DNA of 64,000 nucleotides from Trichosphaerium sp. ATCC 40318 (Eukaryota; Protista; Tubulinea), in the NCBI GenBank assembly GCA_038496445.1, contig JALMLS010000076.1, positions 124,001-188,000 on the forward strand, read 5' to 3'. A program made the position numbers and the translations under genes. Shown here in pieces: positions 41,528 through 53,420 of the stretch (position 1 is the first letter of the stretch; the number at the start of each line of letters is the position of its first letter). The notes below the pieces were generated by a model, which worked only from the letters and a program-made list of their open reading frames with translations, had not been told where the DNA came from and did not search any database.

Positions 41528-43707
41528 TCATTCATCATTAGGTATTGAGTTAGGTGTTTGTATATTCTCTCCCCTTGGTGTCTCTGTTATACCTCCACTA
41601 CATTTTCCAGAAGAAGTAGCTTTACTCTGAATAGTACTACCAGATGTAGCATTCTTTGAATGATGTCTGAAAGCTTGTACTTGAGCAGCTGCGATTATAA
41701 TACTGAACATGTAGAAAAATATACTCATCACAGTATTTCCTATTTTAAAACGTAAGTCAGCTACAAATTCTACAGAAAAAAGAAATTGCGCGTGCAATTG
41801 AAGAAAACGTTTTTCTTTTCAAAAAATGAGCTGAATTTGTTTTTTCTTTTCCTATTTTCTTCTTTATTTGTTTTTGCTTACCCCATGGAATCCCATAGAC
41901 TCCTGATATTATTATTATAAAGCCAGAGAAGAATGAAACATATCCCAGTATTATGAATGCCATACGGATTATCAACTAAATAAAAAACTATTAAAAAGAG
42001 TGCGGGTATTCATGGTGACTTTATTGGGTTTTAGTTTCTTGGAATGCTGTAACGTACACGTTTCATCATTGATTTTCCACTATCTGAGATGCTACTAGTA
42101 GCTTTAAGACGTATTCCTATACGTATACAAGTAACAACATAGAACACTAAGATAACTAAATAGACAGTTAGCAAAATAAGATGAGGACAAATTTATAATT
42201 GTTAGGCAATCCCAAAAAAGCGGTTGCTCATCGTACCCAGACACAGTAACATGTACACTGCTCCATACAAAATATAGACAATGGCATGTTGTAGTGTTAT
42301 ACGTATAGCAGCGAATATAACCCATACTAGTATAATCAAGACACATCCAACAAAAAATGTGATTTTACTCTTTGATAGAAAATTATTAACATCAACGCCA
42401 GCATTACTAAGAGTCTCATGCCAATATAGAGTAATAAGAACAGTAGCTGTAATTGTCGGTGCGAAATTAGCATCTAGAATAGAAATAGATAAACTAGCAG
42501 GGTATATATTTCTATGTAAAGCATCAATCCCGCTCAGAACGACACCTGAAAAAAAAACAGTTAAAACGAGAAAGATAGAAAAAAAAAAAGTTCTTTCTCT
42601 GAAAACCGCTGTTTACTCGCTAGCGAGTAGTGGTGTGTACGCGTACATATTAAAGCCCAAGCGTGTAGACTCATAACAACAAATGGTATATTCAACAGCG
42701 TCTGTGATGTAGTGTAAAGATACCATAGTTGATAGAAGATGTAGCAAAGAACAAGAAAAGCTGGAATTTCCCATCCGAAAAATTGAATCACCCAAGATAG
42801 TGGTGAATCGAACCAATCCCGCCAAGGGTTTGATACTGCGCATAAATTAACAATTTTAAATAAGAACTAATAATGCAGTTTTTGATTTAAAACCTCGAGG
42901 TAGTATGGCTTACTTGATCCAATAATGGTTGCATTTAACGATCCGAAGTCTTTTAAAGCTCGCTCTATTTTTCCGCCGTCGCCAAGCGAAACTTCGAAAA
43001 CTGGAGGTGTATCGGTGTCTACTGCTTTATCTTGATAATACTGCGCTCTCCCCGCTACCCTAATGTGTGTTTATTGGTTTTTTATCTTTGACAATTTCGG
43101 TATTTCTACCTTTGCCAAAACTACTTTAACGTACTTTTCAGCGTTGTGCAGAAGAATTGCAGCAGGTTTTGATTCAAGTTGCGATAGTACTTTACGCAGT
43201 AGTTTGTCTACTGGCACTTCATCGAAAGAAACAAACACGATACGCGTATGCGTGTCTATATGCGCAAGCGGGCTGTCAATATCGACCTAGGTTGCGCGTA
43301 AAAACGTGCCGGCTTTTTACTAAACCGATAAAAACGCAAAAGCGGCTTCATTTTTCGTTTTAGAGCGTCGGGTATGTTTATTTTGCGTACCAGGGTGTAC
43401 GATCTACTCGTGAAGTTTACGTCTACGCGTGGTGTATTACCGAAATCACTTTGTGGAGCATTGAAATAGAACCCTGTAAATAAAGTGAGAACGATCGTAT
43501 AAATGTTGTTTGACACGTCTTTTTTTTTAAAATGCTCCTTTTCGATAGTTTTCACATTTTAGTATACGTACGTGTATCATTGCATGATGTGTAGTTGCAA
43601 GCAGGGGCTATAATGAGATTTTGGCTCAAAGCAACTTTAAAACTCAAGAGACAGAGTATAATTATAGTTGCAAACGAGGAGAAAGTTCCTCGGAGAGGTG
43701 AGGCCAT
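41528..43707 (-). CDS. PA-domain - 7TM receptor-like protein, paralog B (start region has a 1-nt frame discrepancy)
   Basis: Signal LQLIIILCLLSFKVALS; PA-like KPAAILLHN...PPVFEVS...LNATII; NPW; NIPFVVMSL; GIDA; LYWHETL; seven TM segments; Ser-rich tail. Confidence 0.72.
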
Positions 43708-44021
43708 TAATTGAGTTTGCAAGTTAAAAAAACGCTCAGTTGGTACACTGAACCCGAAAATAGAAAGTATGGCTCAAAAAATGTTAAAATGGAGGTATAG
43801 TTAAATATGAAGCTTTCTAGACGAATCAAATGCATAAAAAACCAATTTATTTCACAAAAAATCAAAATGGTATTTTGCAATCCGGACAGAAGAGAAAAAT
43901 TGAGATAGAGTTTTATTTACAAAGGGGGGTTGGTGTCAAAAAAAAAAAATGAAAAAAAAAGCCAGAAACTTTTTTTTTTGTTGTGTTGAGTGTTTTCTCC
44001 TTTTCTTTCTTTTTCCTCTCT

Positions 44022-47000
44022 TTAATTACGCATTTTCGTTTCATAGAACTCAATGAGACGTAAAGGACAGGCTTTTTTAAGGATCTCTGAAGGGAATACA
44101 CTCGTAGAACCGTCAAGCCTAATAATTATTTGAGTACTCAACTAGTATTTGTGATGTTATAAAACTTGTTACAGACAACGTCAATGAAGTTGTCAAAAGA
44201 TGTCACAGATGAATTTTTTTCTTTTCAAATAAAAGAAAACCGTTTTGCTTTTGTGCTTTCTTTTTCTAGGTGTAAATATCCTTATTTTTGAATGACGTAC
44301 ATTTCAGCTGCAATATAACTTTTACCATTTGAAAAGTGTAATGTACGTAGCTTGTGAATGTTGTTTGGGTCACTTGTTCCTTCTCCTACCTCATACTGTG
44401 CTATAATTTTATTCACAAAGCTTGCACCAAAAGACCTCTCAAGTGAGTCCCTAGGCCACCATAGAGGATCATTATTTTCTATAAGAATAGAGTAAGCGCG
44501 TTTCCTTTTTTTGTGGATTTTCTATCTCCAGAAAAATAAAATAAAATCCTCCAAAAGGGTTCGAGTACACAAAGGTACACGTATATAAAACTTGTTTTAA
44601 AAATTATTCTCAAGGTTGTCATAAAAAAGACAAGCAAAAAAAAAAAAAAGAAGAATATCCTTTTTGAGTTTAAACTAAAGATTACCTGGTATGTCTTTCC
44701 ACTTTATCTTAAACACTCTTTTATAACTAGCTTGTAGAATTCTTTCAGGCACATTTTGTTTAAAAGCATTTAAAGATGATGCAGGAGAAGATCGCTTTGG
44801 CGGAGTCCCTTTTCGAGTTTGTTTAGCGCTTTGTTGTCCCTTTGAAGGTGTACGCTTGGTCCTCTTTGGAGGTGGACCATCTATCATCTGGGTGGATCTA
44901 CGCTTTCTTGTAGTGGCAGGTCGTGGTTTAGAATCATTTGGAGGCGTAGCTAGTTGGTTTTTGGCAGGCGCTACAGGCTTGTATTCTTGAAGTAGCTGTT
45001 CAAAGCCATTTTTTACTAACACTGTTTCATGCACCCATGAGTCTTCTTCTGGGGCTGTATCTTTCCAACGGACCAAGTAATCTGTAACACCATTTTTATG
45101 ACGTCGGTTGATAATAAATTGAGGTTCTAAACGAGCCACGTGTCAGAAAACAGTACGCACATAAAATTAAAAATAAAAAAGTTCTTTGTCAATTTTCTAG
45201 TCATGTGACATTTACCATATGGTCCACGAGATTTTCTTCTGGTTTGAGAAGTCTTTTTTGGTGCTTTTTTAGGTGTCGTTTTCTTTTTTTTTGGTGTTTG
45301 TGTTGTAGCCTTTGTCTGTTTTTTTGGTGTTTGTGTAGTAGCCTTTGTCTGTTTTTTTGGCGCTTGTGTAGCAAGCTTTGTCTGTTTTTTTGGTGTTTCT
45401 GTTGTAGCAGCCTTTGTCTTTTTTTTTGATCGTACTACTGCTGGTTTCATATGAATGGTCAAAATCGGTTCTGTTTGCCATTGCATATTAGCTAATGGCG
45501 CTTGATATTGATGTCAGGGAATAAAGTAATCAAACAGCAACAAAAAAAAAAGTTGGATTGAAAAAGAAACTCCTTTCTTCTATCCGTACATTCTTTTGCT
45601 TCTTTCACATCCATCAACACTTCCCTAGAGTCAGCTAACCATTCAGATACACTTTCATCATCTAAAAGAGCTCGGGCATGGCATGTGAGAATCTGATTTT
45701 CAGGTACAACACCTACAAACTTGTAGTTAGCCATTTTGACGCGAAAAAAATTAGCTAACCAGTCTCTTGAAATACAGCCCATTTTAACGTGATCCCGGAC
45801 ATGTTTTTATGTGCACTGGGCTCTGGTATGATAATAGTTACAACTTCATCATCTGGGCGTAAAGGCTATCACATAAATCAGGACATAAAGTCTTCACAAA
45901 AAAGAATCCAAAAAAATGCAATTAAAAAAAAAACTACTTACCATCGGGTTTGATTTTACGGCGATATTAATTTGTCGCACCGTCGTGTATTCCATCCTTA
46001 CACCAACAAATCCTTGATCCTTATAATTTTAGTTAGCTGGATTTTGATGAGGAGAAAGGAACTCAAAAATACATGTGGATTACCTTATATGATAGATTCA
46101 ACAATTGTTCTCCGTATAATTCTACTTCTACACAAAATATAAATTAGAAAACAAACGATACATAATCCATAATAAATAGGGATTTTGGATTTCACAATTG
46201 TTACGTAACAAGTCATCATTGTGACGTATATAAATTTAGATTTCAAAACAACTTTGTTAAAATAAAAAGTCCATCACGTCAAGGAAATGATGATTTGATG
46301 GCAGCAGTCTAAATATATACACTTACGGGACTTTTGTCTATCTTCATCAAATGTTAACATATATAATATGTTTCCTTGGCGCATTTCACACTAAAAAGAG
46401 CTTGGTGAGTACAACAGTAAAAGAATTAGCAAAAAGAATTAAAAAAAAACAACTTCGATTTAACTTACCATTTTAGGTGTGCTGTTCGGATCTAATATGT
46501 TAACTTTATATGTATCAATATCCCAAGTATAGAACAATACTCTTTTATTAAGCTAAAACAGGATTTAGGGTTGGGATTAAAAACCACAAAGAAATAATTC
46601 CTTACTTGCTTGTACAGCTCTATAAAACCTCCTTTGCCAAACCTTTCAACCTCAACTGGGAATGAAGCACATCCATCTGTGTTTGTTAACTCAACTACAA
46701 CGGTTTTTTAACTTCAGCATTATCATTAACTGTTTTGTGTCGACGTATAGGCGCTTAGCATAAAAACAAAAAAAAAACAAACAACAAGCTTTTTTTTTTT
46801 CTTCCAAACACTAAAAGCCTTGTTAAATCAGTACCAACTTGTGGAGTTATAATATCCTTATCAAAACCAATCTTAAACGCAGCTGGCTTGTTGCTAGATT
46901 TAATGCCGACCTCAATTGTATCACCCTCGTTACCTAAGGAGGACAAAGAAGTTAAAACCGTGGTGTTTTGCGTGACGTACAAGAAAAAAAGAAATGACGG

Positions 47001-47670
47001 TCCGCAGATTCCGTGTTTTCCTATAAGACCGTTAGCACGTATAACGTACAGAGAATTAGGCGTATGTCAATCAATAAAATCGAAGAATAAAACTTTTCGA
47101 AAAATGGTTTTTATCAAAAAACACTCAAACCCTCAATACCTCATCAAAAGCTTTTAATCCAGCGAATGGGTGCGTATTCTGTGCTTTAAGATCAACTTGT
47201 ACATACTCATTTCTTACACAGCCACCATCAACCACTAATGTTTTACTATTGCGCTCTGGTGCTGTTAAGAAGTTGTAGAAATGAATAAATGTGGAGTTGA
47301 CGTTTATGTCCGCAACGCCGTATGTATCATAGCCTTTGTCTATTGTTTCTACTACACGTAGTTTACGAGCCGCAGTGTATTCAGAAAGCCTATTTGTTGT
47401 TAAAACCTTTTTTAACCGCTTTTTGTGACCTACATTGCTAGTTTATCATCTCTGCTCGCTAGAAGACCCCATGGCTTATCAAAGGTACCAGGTGCAAGAG
47501 TAGACTTCATTTGTTTAGCGATGCAACTTGTCAAGAAAGCTATTTGTTTAGTGCGTGTCAGCTTCATTTTGACGCGTTTAGGGCTATCAGCGAACACGAC
47601 TCGACAATTCTACAATAAAATTTAGGTATTTAGTGTTAATTCATATATTTACGATGGTAGATGGTATCAT
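44022..47670 (-). CDS. Ubiquitin-like domain(s) fused to an HP1-like module (TPKK repeats - chromodomain - chromo-like domain - chromoshadow domain)
   Basis: About 16 exons splice in one frame. Ubl: QINIAVK...LKWAVFQETGVVPENQILTCHARALLDDESVSEW. Chromodomain: YEPQFIINRRHKNGVTDYLVRWKDTAPEEDSWVHE. Second chromo-like domain: VPERILQ...FKIKWKDIP...LWWP. Chromoshadow: SVFPSEILKKACPLRLIEFYETKM. Confidence 0.75.
45255..45422 (-). repeat. 30-bp coding tandem repeat (T-Q/E-T/A-PKKQTKAT)
   Basis: About four copies of ttgtgt(a/t)gtagcctttgtctgtttttttggtgt on the + strand, plus two degenerate PKK units. Confidence 0.9.
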
Positions 47671-47933
47671 GGCGTATGTTCACTATGATTGATGGTTTTT
47701 CTGGGTTTTTTTAAGCTCAAAATCTTTCGGTAATATCACCAGTAAAACCAGCGCGTATGAGAGTATTCATGTATCGTTTTTTTGGCACTTTGATTTAAGT
47801 CAAAAGCGCTTATGCCAAAAAGAAGCAAAAAGCCTTTACGACTTACTAACGCGTTGCTGAAACATGCTTTAACTGTACAACATTACCATTTAGACATACT
47901 ATTACGTTTGTGGTTGGGGTAGCTCTCTAAAAG

Positions 47934-50505
47934 ATGATGGGTCCTAGTTGGGACGCTTTGCCGTCATTGCTTCCAATAGTACTATCCATAGTACTTTTAT
48001 GTACGAACGAATTTTCTTTTTTGTACCAGCACAGTTCAAAGCTTATAAACGACTCTAGATGATACTGTTGGCGCAAATATAGTAGTACATACTCAAAACG
48101 AGACTGTTGTCATAAGTCCAGCAGCTATTGTACCGTACGTTCTTACAGAAAACGCCAATCTAAGAAATCGATAGTTTTAGAGGTGTAAAGGACCCTTTTC
48201 GTTCTTTTAACGGTACGGTCGTTTCAAGTGGAGCATTTTCTGGAAAGGTCGTTATGGTAACTGAAGAGGATGTGTGGCTATACAATGTTGAAGGTATTGC
48301 AAGGTACGTATCTTTACACCTTTTGACGTGATGATCAAAGAAAAAAAATGAACGTTGGGGACGAAAAAGAACGCCAAGCTTTGCCCACTGGCGGTTAAAT
48401 CGTTACAGTAGAATATTAGAATTAAATATGTTTTAACTTCAAAATCTGATTTTTTTCTGTTTGTTCCAAAACGGGCGTAGCAGTTCACTTTAAAATCATC
48501 AAATACATGTTATTTAACTACTACTGTATAGGCGTCGCCAAGGACAAGGTGCTACGGCAATTATAACATCTTCGGACGACTTTGTACCAGGATTTTCTTA
48601 TTTCAGCCATGGAGGCGTTGCTTCGGGTCGTGGAGCGGATATAAGGATTATAGGGATTGATTTATCTGGTCCTGACTATGATTTTGTTAAAAAGATTATT
48701 AGCGATAACGGTGGTAGTGTTAATATAACTATAAATCCAGATGTTAATCCATGGATACAAGTTATTTACAGTGTATCATTTCAAATATTTTATCAACTTT
48801 TTATACTCTCGTGGGCTATTGTTAATATTGGCATGGGATTCAGTAAGCTCTATAGTGCTAGGAAATTATTCCCTAGAAACTTCTCTAAAGCGCATATACC
48901 TTCGATAATACTATGTTTGGAAATATTAGGAAATTTCGGTACGTTGACAAGTGACAGATGTCATACATTTGATTTTTTTTGTGGATTTCTTCAAATTCCG
49001 GTAAAATCAGAAAACATCTATCCACAAAAAACCATTCTTGTTTCTGTTTATTCAAGGCTTATTTCAAAGTGCTTTTTATGTTGTTGGAGTCTTTTTTTTT
49101 TTCCTGTTGAAAAAATAATCTTTTGGTTTTTTTTCTTTGCTTCTCTTGTACTTATTTGGTTTGTTGTGTAGCACGCATTATAGCAAATATTGATCCTCTT
49201 CAGAGCAAATTTGTATATTCATCGCGCATAGGAAACTTGGTAGCTACATTACCTACACCTTTTAGTATTGCGAGCTTTATGCTATTGACACATGAGTGGT
49301 ACAAAAAAATTTCAGCGCAAAAAATCTACTCAAACTTTAAGTTTCTTTGTACCACCTGCAAAAAATACCAATTGTTAATGTCGCACTACATATGAGTAAT
49401 TTATATAGTGGTACAGGCCAAAACGAGAGTAACAACTTGAAGGATTTGGCCCATAGAGTTGAAAACTCATTTTGTTTTTTGCTCGTTTTTTTTTTGTTTA
49501 CCCTCAACCAGTTCCCTTATTTCTCCTTTTTAGGCATGTAATGCTATCTGCTACAGTGCGAGTAAATAGAGCACTTGCAAAGCTTCGTTGGTTATTCATA
49601 CTGCTGTCTATACTTGCTTTTGCTTTCGAGTTGACAATGTCAATTTGGAAGTACACAACGAGTATACAAGGTGCATACATTGTACAAGCAGCAGCTTATA
49701 TGTGTGTATTCTTTATACTAGCAGTATTCTACTATGTAACAGGGTACCGTGTTCTAAGTGCGCTTTCAAAACTAGATAACAAGACAGACGCCACTAACCC
49801 TGTAAAATGGGTACGGTTTTTTTTAGTTTTATTCTCCAATGATTTTGAGCGTTCGGAGGACCACCTTTACAAAATTAAACTATCGAAATGATTTGATTTT
49901 AATACTACAATAATACCTGCCAATTATGAGTCCAGCCTTCTTTTTATACTGTAGTGTTTTAATCCCAAGTTTTTTTTGACGTGTTTTTTCATTTCGTTTC
50001 GAAACATTTTTTTATCTTTGTTTACAGAATCTCACTTTGGCTGTAGATTACTATAAGAGCAATTATTGGAGCTTGTTGTTTATTTGTATTTTTTATAAAT
50101 AGCATATGCGCAGCAACAGGACTATTATTAAGTCCTTTATCGCATGTTATTGTTATTTGGAATTTTCAGATATCAATGAGCCTTGCTTCATCTATAATGA
50201 TCCATACAATGTTTGCAGAGACAGGTATAATCGGAAGACATGTGCAACCACGTGACACTTCTGCTGCCGGAAAAGAAACAAATATCGCATCAAGCGGAGT
50301 GAACGGATTCAGTGAGAGTAGCACAAGTAGTAGTTGTCGCAGTGTTGAGGAAGACTCATCGTCACGTTCAGCTATTTCAATAGAACTACCAGAACTTATA
50401 TTACCTGTTAATGCACATCAAGTCATTACAGTTAAAAAAGAGGGTAGTGAAGATGCAGAAAATCCAGAGACATCACTTAGTGATATGATAAGCAGGTCGG
50501 AATGA
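47934..50505 (+). CDS. PA-domain - 7TM receptor-like protein, paralog C
   Basis: Signal-like N-terminus; SGKVVMV; QGQGATAII; VPGFSYF; VNITINPDVNPW; HIPSIILCLEILGN; IDP; PFSIASFMLLTHEWH; seven TM segments; long Ser-rich tail. Confidence 0.8.
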
Positions 50506-50793
50506 TAAAACGAAAAAACGAGAAAAAAAAAGGAAAAAAGATTAGTTGTTTGTTGGCAATTTTTTGCTTGCACATTGTAATTTTGTACATAAGTAATAAT
50601 AGACATCGTAATTGGTATGTCGTGGTGTGTGATCTCATAATAATAAACATTTGATTCCCAAGCATAGAGCTCTTAACTGTGGAGTTGACTCAGAATATCA
50701 ATAAAAAACTTAACAAAAATCGCGAACTACATGCTCATGGTGATTACCAAAAACGACGTCTTGCTGTTTTCATACTTTTTTTTGGTGTTTATT

Positions 50794-53212
50794 TTACAAG
50801 TACATGAATATCAACATTAATGGTAACAAGATATTTATAAAACATGCACGTATCATAGTATAAGAGGAACATCTTTTAGTAGCAAAAGTGAGTATTTGAA
50901 ACTTGTTGTACGAAGTAGATTTAGTTGAAGAGACGCATTGATTTTCTGATGTTACAATCTTTGGTAAGACTGTTCGGCACCTATTCAACTGTTTTACAGT
51001 CACAAGGGCTTCCTAAATAATGAAATTTAACTCAACACAACAATGAGCATAAAAAACGCTGGAGACAAATCTTAGTGGCTCCAAAAATGGCAGTTTCATG
51101 TTTAAATCCACTAACATAAAAATGGTCTCGGTTTTACCGTGTCCTTTTTGTACATACCTCTATGTTTTTTATATCTATGCTATAACTTCCAGATATACAT
51201 CCTTCTACTTGAATAAGTACAGTACTGTTTTTAAACTCGAGTATTGTATCATCAAAAGTTGCATTTCCTATTTTTTTATCAATAATTTCGAGGAATAAAA
51301 AAAATCCTCCACGTGTAGTCCATTTACATACCCAAAACAATTAAATTACCGCTTATCTGAATATCAGATCTTCCTGGTTCATAGGTACCTAAGAGAAAAG
51401 TAAAAATAAATCAGCTCAGGCGTGTATCAGTCGAATGTCACTAAATGTATTTTTACCTATTATAACGACATCTTTTGAAGGTTCTGTTGGAACTACTGTT
51501 GGCTCAAGTGTTGGAAGTGATGATGGAGAAATTGTTGTTGGTATTGAAGTAGGTGATGATGTCGGTTTATATGTAACAGTTGGTGGCGTTGGTTCTGACA
51601 ACTCAATCTCACAGATTGCTTTCAAAGGCAACGTTATTCCTTGTCCGACATTTGTACAAAAAAAATCAGCCCAATGGTCTATGAAACTACAGCAGATAAG
51701 TACGTCGTACACACAAAAAAAGAAAATAATTATAAATACTATGTTTAGGTTGGCCACAAATTAAAAAAGTCAACAGAGCAACAAGCACAACACAGAAACT
51801 TGTTTTCTCAAGGTATGAAAAAAACACAGTTTAAGTCTTTTCTCTTGTTGTATATCTCAGCATCTGATTGTATTTAGAAAACACACTGCATATTCAAAAA
51901 CAACTTAGGGTAATCTGAGGATGGAGAGTTGAAGCAGCCAACAAAGAACAAATGCGAATTTAATAAGAAAAAAAAAAAGACAGTAGCAAGATGTACGCAC
52001 ATAACAACACAATCCTCCGACATGTTGCCTATTAGATTACCTTCTGGTTCTTGTATAGACCACGGGAAAACATGAAAGCTTTTACCAAACTCAAAGGGCT
52101 CGCCAGTTACTGCCTATTCAGCAATAAGTATGCCAACCAATAAACTAAAGGAGTTACCCACTGAAAAGCGAGGTGGTCTCCAAACCCGCTTGAAAGTCCA
52201 ATCCAATGTACTGCGTTTTCAATATCTTTGGTCATATTAATCAAAAGCGCATTCTCGTTATATGAATTGATAGTGGCAAGGTATCCACCGCGCTGCATGC
52301 AAAGACCTAAACAAAAAGAAGTGTTGGCTTTTTTTACCAATAATCCAAAAAACCCAACTTTCACCCTTCATGGTGACGCACCTTGTGCCTCAGTCCAAGT
52401 AATATTCTCCTCGGGTAGCACAATATAACAGTGATCTAAACACCTTTTGTCAACAACTAATAATGGCTTTATGGTGTTATATCACGTGATTTTCCGAAAA
52501 TTATTTTATTTAACACCAGTACGTACCGTCAATTGCGCCAATAGAATCATTCGACTCACAATTAAACACTTGAGTATCAGGTATACAAGGCTTAAATACC
52601 GGAGATGATTGCATTATTGGTCGTTCACATACATAGCTATTAGAACGCGTACGATTACTGGTAATTGACTAAGTTACAAGTTAGCGATGCAACAAAGTTG
52701 CTACTTTTTAATTATGAAAAGTCTTGCTACATACGCCTTGTTTAAATGTTGGGTATCCACGGAACCCCATAGAATGTGCAACATCATCTCTAAGCAACGC
52801 ATCTAATACAATATCACCATTATACCAATATAGTACTGAATCTCGTTCGGTAATGTTTAAATGCAAGTCAATCTATTAAAAAAAATGAGCTATCACGTGT
52901 AACTACAAAATATCTTTTTTTTTTTTTTGAACGTTTTGTTAACACAAACTGCGTACAGCAAAAGTAGATATAACTGCGCTCTCGAGTAGACTATTGATAA
53001 CAAGATTTTGACCTATTTAGTGAAATAACGTTAAAACAAAACCTTTCGGCATAACTTTCCGAACCATTAGGGCAAACACCATATGATGAATCATAATAAA
53101 CATCGTAAATGCTATCATCCCAATAACAAGATCGTTGTATTGATCCACCAAGAGCAGAGCGCAACAGTAGAAAAAATAAACATGTATATAAATACACTGC
53201 AAAGTTTTTCAT
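50794..53212 (-). CDS. Cell-surface C-type lectin-domain protein with Pro/Thr stalk and GPI/TM-like C-terminus
   Basis: Signal peptide; HCYIV..TWTEAQGLCMQRGGYLATINSYNEN; HWIGL; FQWV; EDCVV; WADFFC..AICE; PTSSPTSIPT stalk; hydrophobic end. A degenerate CTL-like domain lies upstream. Confidence 0.85.
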
Positions 53213-53420
53213 GAGCAGCTAACGGCCAACAAATCACGTGGTTAAAAAAAAAACACAAAAACAATCAAACACAGTCATGACAAAAAAAAATTCGGGCAAA
53301 CTCAATCCCGCAACATTTCGAGCTCTTACTGTACTGTGCACTTCTAAAAATACTGTGAATGGGCGTTACATTGTTTTATTAATCCACTACAATAAGATAA
53401 AATTGTTGAGGGTACAAACT

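Noticed and set aside
45205-45481. Cys/Phe-rich and alternative-frame repeat ORFs
   Set aside because: Shadows of the 30-bp TPKK repeat.
45715-45760. Two genes only 20 nt apart (polycistron-like)
   Set aside because: Better explained as an intron (GTTAGC donor, GCTAAC branch, TAG acceptor) that joins the two halves of one Ubl domain.
52975-53045. Stop-codon readthrough or alternative genetic code (in-frame TAG at 52991)
   Set aside because: The TAG is a splice acceptor; conserved genes translate with the standard code and end in TAA, TAG or TGA.
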